Below, piece by piece: positions 9,557 through 18,514 of a DNA stretch of 64,000 bases; position 1 is the stretch's first letter; each line of letters opens with the position of its first letter. Both the position numbers and the translations under genes were made by a program. This DNA comes from Gammaproteobacteria bacterium (GTDB lineage Bacteria; Pseudomonadota; Gammaproteobacteria; Steroidobacterales; GCA-2729495): assembly GCA_038214295.1 (NCBI GenBank), contig JBBQSA010000015.1, positions 174-64,173 of the forward strand, in the 5' to 3' direction. Below the pieces are notes generated by a model. The model did no database searches, had not been told where the DNA came from, and worked only from the letters and a program-made list of their open reading frames with translations.

Positions 9557-10453
9557 CTAGCGCTGACGGAATTTCACCAGGTACTCGCCCAGCTTCCGGA
9601 ACTCGTCACCCCGCGTGGACCCCTGCCGCCAGGCGAGGCCAACTTCCCGGTAGCTCCGCTCGGGCAGCGGATAGGTGACGACCCGCGTGCCCTTCAGCAA
9701 GGCAGACCCCTCCGCCATTTCCGGCAGGAAGGTAATGCCGAGATCCGCGTCCACCATTTCGATGAGGGTGAGCAGGCTCGAAGCCGCAAAGGGGCTGATC
9801 TTTTCCGACGCCTTCAGCCGGCAGGCAGAAATCGCGTGCTCGCGCAGGCAGTGACCCTCGTTGAGCAGCAGCACCGCCTCCCGATCCAGGCGGTTGTAGG
9901 TGTAGTGGACCGGGTCCACGAGCTTCGTGCCCTTGAGGCACGCGAGCCGGAAAGCGTCCCGGAACAGGGGCTGGACCTCCACGTTGTCCAGCTCGTAGGG
10001 CAGGGCCAGCAGAAGGAGGTCCAGCTCTCCATTGAGCAACCGGGCGTGGATCTCCGCGGTGGTCCCTTCGTGGAGGAACAGCTTCAGCTTCGGCAGCGCC
10101 TTGCGCAGGCGGGGCAGGACCCGGGGCAGCAGGAACGGCGCGATGGTCGGAATGACGCCGAGGCGCAGCGGCCCGGCGAGGGGCGAGCGCTCCGTCTGGG
10201 CAAGCACCACCAGGGCCTCGATGTCCCGGAGGCAGAGACGGCACTGGGTCGCCACCTCCTGGCCGAGCGCGGTGATCGTGACCCGCCTGTTGGTGCGGTC
10301 GACCAGGCGCACGCCCAACAGGGCTTCCAGCTGGCGGATCGCGATGCTGAAGGCCGACTGGGAAACAAAACAGGCGGTGGCAGCCTTGCCGAAGTGCTGG
10401 TGCTCCGCCAGGGCGGCGAAATAGCGCAGTTGCTTGGTGCTGGGCACGTTCAT
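9557..10453 (-). CDS. oxyR: LysR-family peroxide-sensing regulator, OxyR-like
   Basis: 298 aa. HTH: LRYFAALAEHQHFGKAATACFVSQSAFSIAIRQLE. The redox Cys pair has OxyR spacing, EGHCLREHAISAC (C-x8-C, as in C199/C208). It is divergent from a peroxiredoxin gene. Confidence 0.7.
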   Translation of the reverse strand: MNVPSTKQLRYFAALAEHQHFGKAATACFVSQSAFSIAIRQLEALLGVRLVDRTNRRVTITALGQEVATQCRLCLRDIEALVVLAQTERSPLAGPLRLGVIPTIAPFLLPRVLPRLRKALPKLKLFLHEGTTAEIHARLLNGELDLLLLALPYELDNVEVQPLFRDAFRLACLKGTKLVDPVHYTYNRLDREAVLLLNEGHCLREHAISACRLKASEKISPFAASSLLTLIEMVDADLGITFLPEMAEGSALLKGTRVVTYPLPERSYREVGLAWRQGSTRGDEFRKLGEYLVKFRQR

Positions 10454-10598
10454 GGGGGCAACTCCTCGGGCAAGGGACGGGATGCCAGTTTCCCATCATC
10501 CTGTTTAGCAAATCGTTCCAATTCAAATATACGGCTTTCTGCCTGGCCGGCAAGCGTGTAACCTCGCTTTATCGTTTAACCGCCAGGAGGCAGCCGCC

Positions 10599-11342
10599 AT
10601 GTTGCAGAACCGCGAAGGCCAGCGCGTCCCCGAGGTCACGTTCCGGACCCGCAAGGGCGCCGAATGGGTGAACCGCACGAGCAAGGAGATCTTCGAGGGC
10701 CGGACTGTCATCGTGTTCTCGCTGCCCGGCGCCTTCACCCCCACCTGCTCCTCGACCCACGTGCCCCGCTACAACCAGTTTGCGCCCGCATTCAGGCAGC
10801 AGGGGGTGGACGAGATCATCTGCATGTCCGTCAACGATGCCTTCGTGATGAACGAGTGGCAGGAGGACCAGCAGGCCTGGGATGTCACCTTCCTGCCCGA
10901 CGGCAACGGCGAGTTCGCCGACCGGATGGGCCTGCTCGTCGGCAAGGAAGACATCGGCTTCGGGCGGCGCTCCTGGCGCTACTCGATGCTCGTCCGCGAC
11001 GGCGTGATCGAGAAGATGTTCATCGAGCCGGAAGAACCGGGCGACCCCTTCAAGGTGTCCGATGCCGACACGCTGCTGGCTTACCTGGCGCCGCGGGCGC
11101 CCAAGCCGCTCGACGTGACTGTCTACTCGCGGAAGGGCTGCCCGCACTGCGCCCGGGCCAAGGCGCGCCTGACCGAGGCCGGTATCGGCTTCGAGGAACT
11201 GATCCTCAACAAGGACTTCTCCGACCGGACGCTGCGCGCGGTGGCCGGCAGCACGTCGGTGCCCCGTATATTCGTCAACGGCACCCAGATCGGCGGCGCG
11301 GACGAGTTGGAGAAGTGGCTCGCGGGCCGCAAGGCCGCCTGA
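10599..11342 (+). CDS. Peroxiredoxin-glutaredoxin hybrid (Prx5-type peroxiredoxin fused to Grx)
   Basis: 247 aa. Prx5 active site: [10 protein letters not shown]-terminal Grx domain with the CPHC motif ([14 protein letters not shown]) and ..[21 protein letters not shown] 7 nt upstream of the ATG. Confidence 0.85.
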   Translation: MLQNREGQRVPEVTFRTRKGAEWVNRTSKEIFEGRTVIVFSLPGAFTPTCSSTHVPRYNQFAPAFRQQGVDEIICMSVNDAFVMNEWQEDQQAWDVTFLPDGNGEFADRMGLLVGKEDIGFGRRSWRYSMLVRDGVIEKMFIEPEEPGDPFKVSDADTLLAYLAPRAPKPLDVTVYSRKGCPHCARAKARLTEAGIGFEELILNKDFSDRTLRAVAGSTSVPRIFVNGTQIGGADELEKWLAGRKAA

Positions 11343-11346
11343 CACC

Positions 11347-12798
11347 TCACCCGCCGGACGGTAAATCTGGCCCGTCCGGCGGGTAGCCCTTGCAGGGCCC
11401 GATGCCTGCCGGGAGGACACCCTCCGCCAGCAGCCGCAGGTTCACCGCCGTCCGCACGTAACCGGGATCCAGCAACAACGCCCGGCGCCAGGCCGCCTCA
11501 GCCCGGGGAAGGTCGCACTCGGCAGCCAGGGCCATCCCGAGGTTGTTGAACGCCCGGGCATTGTGGGGCGACTGGGCCACCACGTCCCTCCAGAATCCCA
11601 CCTCGTCCCGGTACACGTCGTTGCGCAGGTGCGTAGCAAGCCCGGCCAGCATCAGTACCGGGGCCAGCGCGACGGTCGCGAAGACCGGATTGCGCACGCC
11701 GAGGCGCTGGATCGCAGCGGCAAGGAGCAGAGCCGGGCCGAGGAGTGCCGCGTAGAGCTGGCGATCGTTGACGAGATCGAGGCGCGCCAGCAGGGAGTTC
11801 GTTGGTGCGAGCCACAGCAGGCACCAGAGCACGGCGAAGGCCGGCAGCGGGTAGCGGCGGAGGTTGCTGAGGGCCATGCCGGTCACGACCACGAGCACCG
11901 CCAGGACGAGCGAACCGTCTGCGTCCAGGATGGTCGATACCGGCAAGGCGGGATCCGCGTTCAGCCGGTCGATGTTCACCAGCTGCCCGAGCAGGTAACC
12001 GAGGCCGTGCAGCTGGGCCACCAGGTTCTCGCCGGCGGAGCGGATGGCCAGGCTGGTCGCCAGGAACTCCCGGTAGGCCGGCAGCGAGAGGCCAGCCCCC
12101 ACGGCGGCGAACAGCAGCAGCCAGTGCACCGCCGAGCGCCGGAGCGCCGCTTGCAGGCTGAATGGCCGGGACACGTCCGCAGCCTCCCACAGCAGCAGCG
12201 CCACCGGCAGGACAGCCACCGTCTCCTTGGTGCCCAGCCCGAGAATCATCAGCAGTGGCGATACGCCGTAAAGGAGCCGGCGATCAGGCCGGCTTCGGCC
12301 TGCCACCCACGCGGCGAGGCTGCCGAGCGCGAAGAAGATGCTCAGGGATGTGGACCGGCCCGAGGCGTAGGTCACCGCTTCGGTCTGGACCGGGTGCAGG
12401 ACAAAGATCAGCGCCGTGGCGAGGGCGAGCCAGGCCGCTGCCGGTGCCGCGTAACCCACCTGCCCCGTCAGCCGCCGGCACAGGTACAGCACGAGCAGGC
12501 CGTTGCCGGCGTGCACGAGGATGTTCACCGCGTGAAAGCCGGCGACGCCAAGGCCGCTGGCATGATTCAGCGCGTAGCTCAGCTTGAGCAGCGGGCGCAT
12601 CCCCGGCATGGAGCGCCACCAGGCCGCGACGTCCTGCACCCGTGGATCCCGGACGATCACGTCCCAGTCGTCGAACTGGAAGCTGGCCTGCAGGGCGTTG
12701 GCGTAGCCAATCACCACCGCCAGCAGCACCAGCACCGCTGGCAGCCAGTGCGGGCCGGTTTCGGCGGCGGTCAGCGTCGCTGGCGCGCGCCCAGGCAC
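11347..12798 (-). CDS. Polytopic membrane protein with C-terminal TPR repeats (TMTC/PMT-like putative glycosyltransferase)
   Basis: 483 aa with a GTG start and about 10 hydrophobic helices. N-terminal FQFDDWDVIVRDPRVQD motif. C-terminal TPRs (AFNNLGMALAAECDLPRAEAAWRRALLLDPGY). Confidence 0.6.
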   Translation of the reverse strand: MPGRAPATLTAAETGPHWLPAVLVLLAVVIGYANALQASFQFDDWDVIVRDPRVQDVAAWWRSMPGMRPLLKLSYALNHASGLGVAGFHAVNILVHAGNGLLVLYLCRRLTGQVGYAAPAAAWLALATALIFVLHPVQTEAVTYASGRSTSLSIFFALGSLAAWVAGRSRPDRRLLYGVSPLLMILGLGTKETVAVLPVALLLWEAADVSRPFSLQAALRRSAVHWLLLFAAVGAGLSLPAYREFLATSLAIRSAGENLVAQLHGLGYLLGQLVNIDRLNADPALPVSTILDADGSLVLAVLVVVTGMALSNLRRYPLPAFAVLWCLLWLAPTNSLLARLDLVNDRQLYAALLGPALLLAAAIQRLGVRNPVFATVALAPVLMLAGLATHLRNDVYRDEVGFWRDVVAQSPHNARAFNNLGMALAAECDLPRAEAAWRRALLLDPGYVRTAVNLRLLAEGVLPAGIGPCKGYPPDGPDLPSGG

Positions 12799-12816
12799 GC
12801 GGGGGTGGTCCGGCGC

Positions 12817-13797
12817 CTAGCGGCCGAACAGCCCCTTCAGGCGCTTGGCGCCTTCCTTCATCATGTCCGTCGGCTTGGTGGCCGTTTCCGGAGCCGCCGG
12901 TGTCTCCGGCGTGGCGCCAGCCGCCGCCTCGCCCACGGCGCGCTCCGCGCCCGCTGCGTCGTCCGTCACGCCCGGCTTCGACTTGCCACCGTAGCGGCTG
13001 CAGAAGTCACGGTACTTTGGCGCTGGCGGCGTCGAGAAGCTGCGCCCGGCGCACTCCCGCTGGGCGATGGGCTGGGCCTGCGCGGGGCACTGCCCGACAA
13101 TGAAGTCGAGGTCGTCAGCCTTGCTGGCATCGCTGCACAGGCGCGCACGCATGGTTTCCGCCTTGGTGCCGCAGAATTTCGCAACCTCGGGCAAGGTGCC
13201 GGCATCGACCATCGGGTCCCCCACCGACTGCCGCTGGGCCACGTCGCGAAAGCCGGCCTTCGTGTTCACCCGTTCGCAGAGCTGCTTCTTGTACTTCGCA
13301 TCGCACTTGCTGGTCGTGAGAATGTACGGCTGCATCGATTCGGCCCCGGACTCGCAGGACTTCGCCGTCATGGCGGCTGACTGGGCCAGCAAAGCCGCCG
13401 TCTGCTTGTCCGGCTGGCTGGCATCGCAGGCGCCGAGCCGTTTGCCGGTGGTTACCATCGTCATGGTGTCGCCATCGGTGGTCATGGTCATCTTCGAGGT
13501 GTAGCTGTCCTTGCCCTGGTAAGTCATTTCGCCGGTGCCGGAACCTTCCGGGCACGTGACCTTGTAGCTGAACTTGCCGGGCGAACTCTTGATATCGGAC
13601 ATCTGGCAACGATCGTCGCCGGCCATGGCCGCCGGGCCCTCCGCGTTCGCCGGCGCGCAGAACTGCCGCTTCTGTCCGGGCATCTTCATGCCGGCCATCT
13701 CCATGCTGGTGGTGGTATCCCAGAGGTTGCCAGGTTGACCCTGGGCAACGGCCGCGGTGGCGGCAAGGAACAGCAGCGTGACGATTGGCAGGCGCAT
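12817..13797 (-). CDS. Secreted DUF3617-like, Met/Cys-rich protein
   Basis: The track ORF is 436 aa, but the ATG at 13797 gives the signal peptide MRLPIVTLLFLAATAAVAQG. N-terminal half: GNLWDTT..C..C..GKFSYKVTCPEGSGTGEMTYQGKDSYTSKMTMTTDGDTMTMVTTGKRLGAC, which matches DUF3617 proteins from memory. The tail is low-complexity. Confidence 0.55.
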   Translation of the reverse strand: MRLPIVTLLFLAATAAVAQGQPGNLWDTTTSMEMAGMKMPGQKRQFCAPANAEGPAAMAGDDRCQMSDIKSSPGKFSYKVTCPEGSGTGEMTYQGKDSYTSKMTMTTDGDTMTMVTTGKRLGACDASQPDKQTAALLAQSAAMTAKSCESGAESMQPYILTTSKCDAKYKKQLCERVNTKAGFRDVAQRQSVGDPMVDAGTLPEVAKFCGTKAETMRARLCSDASKADDLDFIVGQCPAQAQPIAQRECAGRSFSTPPAPKYRDFCSRYGGKSKPGVTDDAAGAERAVGEAAAGATPETPAAPETATKPTDMMKEGAKRLKGLFGR

Positions 13798-13857
13798 GTG
13801 GAATCCCCGTTGGTCCCCGACTTGCGGCAAAGTATATGCCGGGGTGAATGATCCGGC

Positions 13858-14178
13858 ATGAGCGAATTGGAAGAACTCAGGCAGCGTCTGCGGGCCTTTG
13901 CGGCCGAGCGGGACTGGGAGCAGTTCCACACGCCCAAGAACCTGGCCATGGCACTGGTGGCGGAGGCCGGGGAAGTGGTGGAACACTTTCAGTGGCTCAC
14001 TGCGGCGGAAAGCGGCGCCCTGACCCCGGAGCAGCGGGCCGAGGTGGCGCTGGAACTGGCGGACGTCCTGCTCTACCTCGTCATGCTGGCGGACCGGCTG
14101 GGCGTTGACCTCGGGGACGCGGCGCACCGCAAGATCATCCTGAACGAAAAGCGCTTCCCCCGCCCGCCCCGACCCTAG
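13858..14178 (+). CDS. MazG-like nucleotide pyrophosphohydrolase (small all-alpha NTP-PPase)
   Basis: 106 aa: RAFAAERDWEQFHTPKNLAMALVAEAGEVVEHFQWL ... ELADVLLYLVMLADRLGVDL, a typical single MazG domain. Confidence 0.8.
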   Translation: MSELEELRQRLRAFAAERDWEQFHTPKNLAMALVAEAGEVVEHFQWLTAAESGALTPEQRAEVALELADVLLYLVMLADRLGVDLGDAAHRKIILNEKRFPRPPRP

Positions 14179-14186
14179 CCGCCGCG

Positions 14187-14339
14187 TCAGCCGTGGTCGT
14201 CCTGGGAATTCCGCCAGGCCTGCCAGAGCTGGATTCCGGAATCCCAGATGATGGCGCCAAACACGGCAGCCAGGAGGGCCGCCACCAGGATTGCGCAGGC
14301 CTGCACGAGCAGGTCGATGGAGGCGGCGTTCAGAAACAC
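14187..14339 (-). CDS. Possible 50-aa single-TM peptide, translationally coupled to the upstream membrane protein
   Basis: Below the track cutoff. GTG at 14339 overlaps the upstream stop (GTGTTTCTGA). Translation: VFLNAASIDLLVQACAILVAALLAAVFGAIIWDSGIQLWQAWRNSQDDHG, with one clear hydrophobic helix. Confidence 0.25.
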   Translation of the reverse strand: MFLNAASIDLLVQACAILVAALLAAVFGAIIWDSGIQLWQAWRNSQDDHG

Positions 14340-15004
14340 GGCGGAACCTGCTGCAGCGGACGCGCCAGGAATGCCAGCGCGTTGACGACGACGAGCGCGT
14401 AGATGAACCAGGCGCCAGCGCGCCGGTCCACCGTCACGCCCTTGATGCTGCCGGCAATCCCGTAGGCCGGCGCGATTCCCGAAAGCAGCAGGTACTTCAC
14501 ACTGGCGGAGACGCCTGCAAGCAGCGCTGCGAACCCGGGGTCCGACCCCGCCGTGGCCGTGACCAGCTGGTGCAGGAAGTAGTCCTCGCTGCAGTCAAGG
14601 AGCGAGGCGCCGAGCGGCGCCCACATCAGGATCCGACCTGCGCGCTGCCAGTTCCCCGGCAGCCGCAGCGTGAGCAAGCCGAGCAGGCCCGTCAGCAGGA
14701 AGCCGTAGCCAAAGGCGAAGACCATGTCGCCCGGACGGAGCAGGCTGGCAATCGCCGCGCGCTCGTCCAGCGAAAAGGTGCCGAGGATGGCCGCAACCCG
14801 GTCACCGGTAAAAGCGACCTGCAGGCAGGTGAGCTCGGGCAGGCGCTCGCCAAGCACCGCCGCACCCGGACCCATCAGCACGCCCGTGGCGTAGCCGAAG
14901 AGCGCCGCGCCGAAGAGGGTCATCGCGGTGTAGAGCCAGGGGAGCCTTGACGATGTCACGGACCACCTCTTGGTCACCAGGGGCGCGAGCCCGTATTCAA
15001 TCAC
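14330..15004 (-). CDS. Integral membrane protein, unknown family
   Basis: 224-aa ORF with 5-6 hydrophobic helices. GTG at 15004; the ATG at 14923 is an alternative start. Confidence 0.5.
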   Translation of the reverse strand: MIEYGLAPLVTKRWSVTSSRLPWLYTAMTLFGAALFGYATGVLMGPGAAVLGERLPELTCLQVAFTGDRVAAILGTFSLDERAAIASLLRPGDMVFAFGYGFLLTGLLGLLTLRLPGNWQRAGRILMWAPLGASLLDCSEDYFLHQLVTATAGSDPGFAALLAGVSASVKYLLLSGIAPAYGIAGSIKGVTVDRRAGAWFIYALVVVNALAFLARPLQQVPPCF

Positions 15005-15066
15005 AAGACGGGCGCTGGCCGGGCTGGCGGAGCGGACCGGGATCCCCTCGGCTATATTCCCAGACC

Positions 15067-15282
15067 ATGCGCCAGCTCGCCCCTGCCAAGCTCCTGCTCA
15101 GCAAGTGGACCGCCGTCCAGCCTGTCCGCAAGGAGAAGCACTTCATCGTCACGGCCCTGATCCGGGACGAGGAGGAGAAGATCATCGGCTGCTACCTGGA
15201 GGCGGTGCACAGCAAGAAACTGTACGAACTGGACTGGCGGGAGCTGAAGGACTCCGCCAGGTGGCTGCAGGGCTGGCAGTAG
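15067..15282 (+). CDS. Trp-rich small conserved protein (TIGR02450-type, from memory)
   Basis: The internal ATG at 15067 gives 71 aa: MRQLAPAKLLLSKWTAVQPVRKEKHFIVTALIRDEEEKIIGCYLEAVHSKKLYELDWRELKDSARWLQGWQ. This matches the family signature KLL.SKWTAV.P..KEKHF.V...W.EL.D...W..GW. Confidence 0.75.
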   Translation: MRQLAPAKLLLSKWTAVQPVRKEKHFIVTALIRDEEEKIIGCYLEAVHSKKLYELDWRELKDSARWLQGWQ

Positions 15283-16119
15283 TCAGGCCAGCGGACCCAC
15301 GCGCCAGCCGGTCCGGTCGTCGTTCTTCAGGGTCTGCCAGAGCCAGGGCAGCAGCTGGTTCAGCTGACCCTCCAGTCCGAAGGGCGGGTTGACGATGCAG
15401 AGGCCCGAGCCGCGCATGCCATTGAAGGCCTCGATTTCCACCTGCAGCTCCACCTGCAGCAGCTTCGGCAACCCCGTTGCCCTGACCTTGGCGGGGAAGC
15501 GCTCGGCCAGCGGGTGGCGGATCAGCGGGTACCAGAGCAGGTAGACACCGGTGGCCCACCGGCGGTGGCAGGTCTTCAGCAGTTCGACCACGCCGACGAA
15601 GTCCTCCTTCACTTCGTAGGCCGAGTCCATCAGCACCACGCCGCGCCGCTCCTGCGGAGGCAACAGGGCGGGCAGGCCCTCGAAGACGTCCCGCCCGTGG
15701 ATATGCACCCGGGGGTCCCGGCCAAAGTTCCGGTGCAGCTTCGCGTAGGCGGCCGGGTGCAGTTCCAGCAGTTCCAGGTGGTCGTCGGGCCGGAGCAGGT
15801 GCCGGGCCACCTGGGGCGAGCCCGGGTACAGGTAGATGTCACTCCCCACCCTGTTCAGCGCCCGAACGGCGGCCAGGTAGTCCTTAAGTTCCGGCGGCGG
15901 GGACGGCGCGGCCAGCACCCGCTTGATGCCGCCTGCGAACTCTTCGTTCTTCCGGGCTTCGTGGCTCCGCAGGTCATAGATGCCGGAGCCCGCGTGGGCG
16001 TCCAGCACCCGCAGAGGCGTGTCCTTTTTCTGCAGCGCGCGGATCGCCAGCGCCAGCACCGAGTGCTTCAGGACGTCGGCGTGGTTACCGGCGTGGTAGT
16101 CGTGCTGATAGCTCAACAT
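15283..16119 (-). CDS. rlmJ: 23S rRNA (adenine2030-N6)-methyltransferase RlmJ
   Basis: The ATG at 16119 gives [19 protein letters not shown]..., near-identical in pattern to the E. coli RlmJ N-terminus. Length is about 278 aa. Confidence 0.85.
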   Translation of the reverse strand: MLSYQHDYHAGNHADVLKHSVLALAIRALQKKDTPLRVLDAHAGSGIYDLRSHEARKNEEFAGGIKRVLAAPSPPPELKDYLAAVRALNRVGSDIYLYPGSPQVARHLLRPDDHLELLELHPAAYAKLHRNFGRDPRVHIHGRDVFEGLPALLPPQERRGVVLMDSAYEVKEDFVGVVELLKTCHRRWATGVYLLWYPLIRHPLAERFPAKVRATGLPKLLQVELQVEIEAFNGMRGSGLCIVNPPFGLEGQLNQLLPWLWQTLKNDDRTGWRVGPLA

Positions 16120-16136
16120 CTGACACAATTAACCCC

Positions 16137-16859
16137 ATGGGACGCATATTTGAAACCAGAAAACATGTGATGTTCGCCCGCTGGAACCGCATGGCGAAGC
16201 AGTTCACGCGGATCGGCAAGGACATCACCATCGCCGTCAAGGCAGCCGGGCCGGACCCCGACAACAACCCGGCGCTCCGCCGCGTGATCGCCAACGCCCG
16301 CGCCGTCAACATGCCCAAGGACAAGGTGGAAGCCGCCATCAAGCGGTCCTCGGGCAAGGACGTGGCCAGCTACGAGGAGGTCATCTATGAGGGCTACGCC
16401 CCCCACGGTGTCGCGGTCCTCGTGCAGACCGCCACCGACAACCCCACCCGAACCGTCGGCAACGTACGCAACGTCTTCAACAAGAACGGTGGCAATTTTG
16501 CCACCACCGGCAGCGTCAGCTTCATGTTTCGGCGCATGGGCGTGTTCCGGCTGGACCCGGCAGGCATCGACCAGGACGACCTGGAGCTTTACCTGATTGA
16601 CCACGGCCTCGACGAGATGGGCGAGAGCACGGGCGAGAAAGGCGAGCCGCAGCTCGTCGTGCGCTGCAATTTCGCGGATTTCGGCCAGCTGCAGAAGGGA
16701 CTGGAGGACCGGGGAATCACGCCCCTGTCCGCCGAACAGGAATACATCTGCACCACGCCCACCGAGCTGCCCGAGGACCCGGCCCGGGAAGTGCTCGAGC
16801 TGATCGACAAGCTGGAGCAGGACGAGGATGTGCAGAAAGTCTTCCACACTCTCGCCTGA
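16137..16859 (+). CDS. yebC: YebC/PmpR family DNA-binding transcriptional regulator
   Basis: 240 aa: [70 protein letters not shown], the YebC family signature. Confidence 0.85.
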   Translation: MGRIFETRKHVMFARWNRMAKQFTRIGKDITIAVKAAGPDPDNNPALRRVIANARAVNMPKDKVEAAIKRSSGKDVASYEEVIYEGYAPHGVAVLVQTATDNPTRTVGNVRNVFNKNGGNFATTGSVSFMFRRMGVFRLDPAGIDQDDLELYLIDHGLDEMGESTGEKGEPQLVVRCNFADFGQLQKGLEDRGITPLSAEQEYICTTPTELPEDPAREVLELIDKLEQDEDVQKVFHTLA

Positions 16860-16873
16860 CCTTAAAAAAAACA

Positions 16874-16903
16874 GGGCCCGGAGCAGCCAGCCGCTCCGGG
16901 CCC
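16874..16903 (-). terminator. Rho-independent terminator of the HU gene (hairpin shared with convergent yebC)
   Basis: Perfect 11-bp stem gggcccggagc / gctccgggccc with an 8-nt loop. On the minus strand it is followed by TGTTTTTTTTAAGG (T8). On the plus strand there is no T-run. Confidence 0.8.
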
Positions 16904-16927
16904 GACATTCGGCTTGCGGCGGCGGTC

Positions 16928-17239
16928 CTAGTTGACCATCGCCTTCAGGCCCTTCAGGGGCAGTACGCGAACCTTCTTGGACGCCGGCTTGGCCTTGAAG
17001 ACCATCTTTTCGCCGGTGAACGGGTTGGTGCCTTCCCGCTCCTTGGTGGCAGGCTTCTTCACAACCTTCATCTTGAGCAGGCCGGGCATCGTGAACATGC
17101 CACCGCTGCGCAAGCTCTTGCGGATGATGCCGCCCAGGGCGTCCAGCGTGGCGCTGGCGTCCTTGCGGGACAGACCCGTTTCCTTGGCGATGTGATTCAG
17201 AATGTCCGACTTGGTCGGAGCGCCGCCGCTCTTGGCCAT
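16928..17239 (-). CDS. HU/IHF-family nucleoid-associated DNA-binding protein
   Basis: The ATG at 17239 gives 103 aa: ..KSDILNHIAKETGLSRKDASATLDALGGIIRKSL..FTMPGLLKMKVVKKPATKEREGTNPFTGEKMVFKAKPASKKVRVLPLKGLK, the HU fold pattern with the beta-arm (R.G.NP.TGE). Confidence 0.85.
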   Translation of the reverse strand: MAKSGGAPTKSDILNHIAKETGLSRKDASATLDALGGIIRKSLRSGGMFTMPGLLKMKVVKKPATKEREGTNPFTGEKMVFKAKPASKKVRVLPLKGLKAMVN

Positions 17240-17466
17240 GCTTGAAATACTCCCTCGGTTGGTGGAATTGCTCGCGGAATACAGCAAATTACTGCTCCGG
17301 CGCGTGACCATAGATTGCGCCGATGCTGTCTGCAAGCCTAATTTCAGGGCCCGTACGCATTTCCCCTGCTGGTATTGCGCCGGGAAGCACTTTTCTGGCA
17401 GACAAATCGGGCACTTCCCCCACTATCGGTTTGTCTCATCGAGCATGCTCAAAGAGAGGCATTGTC

Positions 17467-17880
17467 GTGAACACTCCCCGCCGCGACGTCGTTCCCGAGT
17501 CCCATCGCGCACTGCTCGATGGGCCGATCGTTGTCAGCCTTGCGACTCAATTGAAATCCGGCGAGCTCCAGGTACAGCCGGTGTGGTGCAGTTACGACGG
17601 CCGCCACATCCTGGTGAACACCGAGAAGCACCGGGCCAAGTACGCCAACCTCCACGCCCGCCGGCCCGTCACCGTGCTGGCGGTGGACCCGGCGAACGTC
17701 TACCACTGGATCGAGGTCCGGGGGGAGGTCGAGGAAGAGACGGAACAGGGAGCGGACGCGCATATCGACCAACTCGCCCGGCTCTACCTGGGCGTGGACA
17801 AGTACCCCATGCACCAGCCGGGCGATGTGCGCGTGATGTTCCGGATAGCGCCGCGGCGGGTGCTTACCCTGGGACCCTGA
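17467..17880 (+). CDS. Pyridoxamine 5'-phosphate oxidase (PPOX) family, FMN/F420-binding split-barrel protein
   Basis: GTG at 17467 lies behind AGAGAGG. 137 aa: LLDGPIVVSLATQLKSGELQVQPVWCSYDGRHILVNTEKHRAKYANL...YHWIEVRGEV, typical of the PPOX class. Confidence 0.65.
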   Translation: MNTPRRDVVPESHRALLDGPIVVSLATQLKSGELQVQPVWCSYDGRHILVNTEKHRAKYANLHARRPVTVLAVDPANVYHWIEVRGEVEEETEQGADAHIDQLARLYLGVDKYPMHQPGDVRVMFRIAPRRVLTLGP

Positions 17881-18097
17881 CGGCCGATCTGCGCCAAAGC
17901 AGCGTCTGCACCAAAGCAGCGCCGGCCTGCCCGGTAAGCGCCCTGCGCTGGATCATTTCCGGGGCAGGGCAAGCGGCTGCAAGCCGTGGAATCCCGGATT
18001 TACGCGGGCGCCCGGCCGGCTGCACGGTGGCACGAAAGATGCTCTAGGGTAATTAGTGGTGATTGGTCGGCACTGAGCCAACAGGGAGGAATCAACC

Positions 18098-18514
18098 ATG
18101 GAACACCGTTGCGGAACCCGGCAGAAGGTCGGGATCACGGTCCTGGTCCGCCGGCGCGGCTGGGCCGGGTCAGTGGTGGCGGAGCTCACGGACCTCAGCA
18201 TCACGGGAGCCTTTATCGCCGCGCCCCCCGAGGTCTTTCCGGTGCACTCCATGCTGCGCATCGAGGCCACCCCGCCCTTCCTGCCCGGCAACACACCACT
18301 GTCCTGCCGGGCCATGGTGGCCCGGCTCGGGACGGACGGCATCGGCGTGGTCTTCGACCAGACGCGACCGCGTGGCCTGGCGCCGCTGTTTGACCTGGCT
18401 TCGGGCGACCAGGCTTCGGGCGACCTGGCTTCGGGGTCAGGCCGAGCGGGCAGCCTTCGTCGCGGCCGCGGCGGCCGGGACAAGCGGCACGGTATCCAGC
18501 ACCCAGTTGCCTGA
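18098..18514 (+). CDS. PilZ-domain (c-di-GMP receptor) protein with a repeat-containing tail
   Basis: 138 aa with both PilZ motifs intact: RCGTR (RxxxR) and DLSITG (DxSxxG). GGAGG SD upstream. The tail overlaps the convergent Rieske gene by 78 nt. Confidence 0.7.
   Translation: MEHRCGTRQKVGITVLVRRRGWAGSVVAELTDLSITGAFIAAPPEVFPVHSMLRIEATPPFLPGNTPLSCRAMVARLGTDGIGVVFDQTRPRGLAPLFDLASGDQASGDLASGSGRAGSLRRGRGGRDKRHGIQHPVA
18392..18436. repeat. Three tandem 15-bp units (gacc[t/a]ggcttcggg[c/g])
   Basis: Direct reading gives units at 18392-18406, 18407-18421 and 18422-18436. They encode LASGDQASGDLASG in the PilZ frame and end exactly at the stop codon of the convergent Rieske gene (18437-18439). Confidence 0.9.

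Noticed and set aside
10454-10598. Explicit OxyR operator in the oxyR/peroxiredoxin intergenic region
   Set aside because: The divergent arrangement makes regulation likely. However, I could not identify a convincing ATAG-N7-CTAT tetrad or T-N11-A box by eye, so no site is annotated.
18392-18436. CRISPR-like array (also considered for 28624-28651)
   Set aside because: The repeats are 14-15 bp, directly abutting with no spacers, and lie in or next to coding sequence. No cas genes are in the window.
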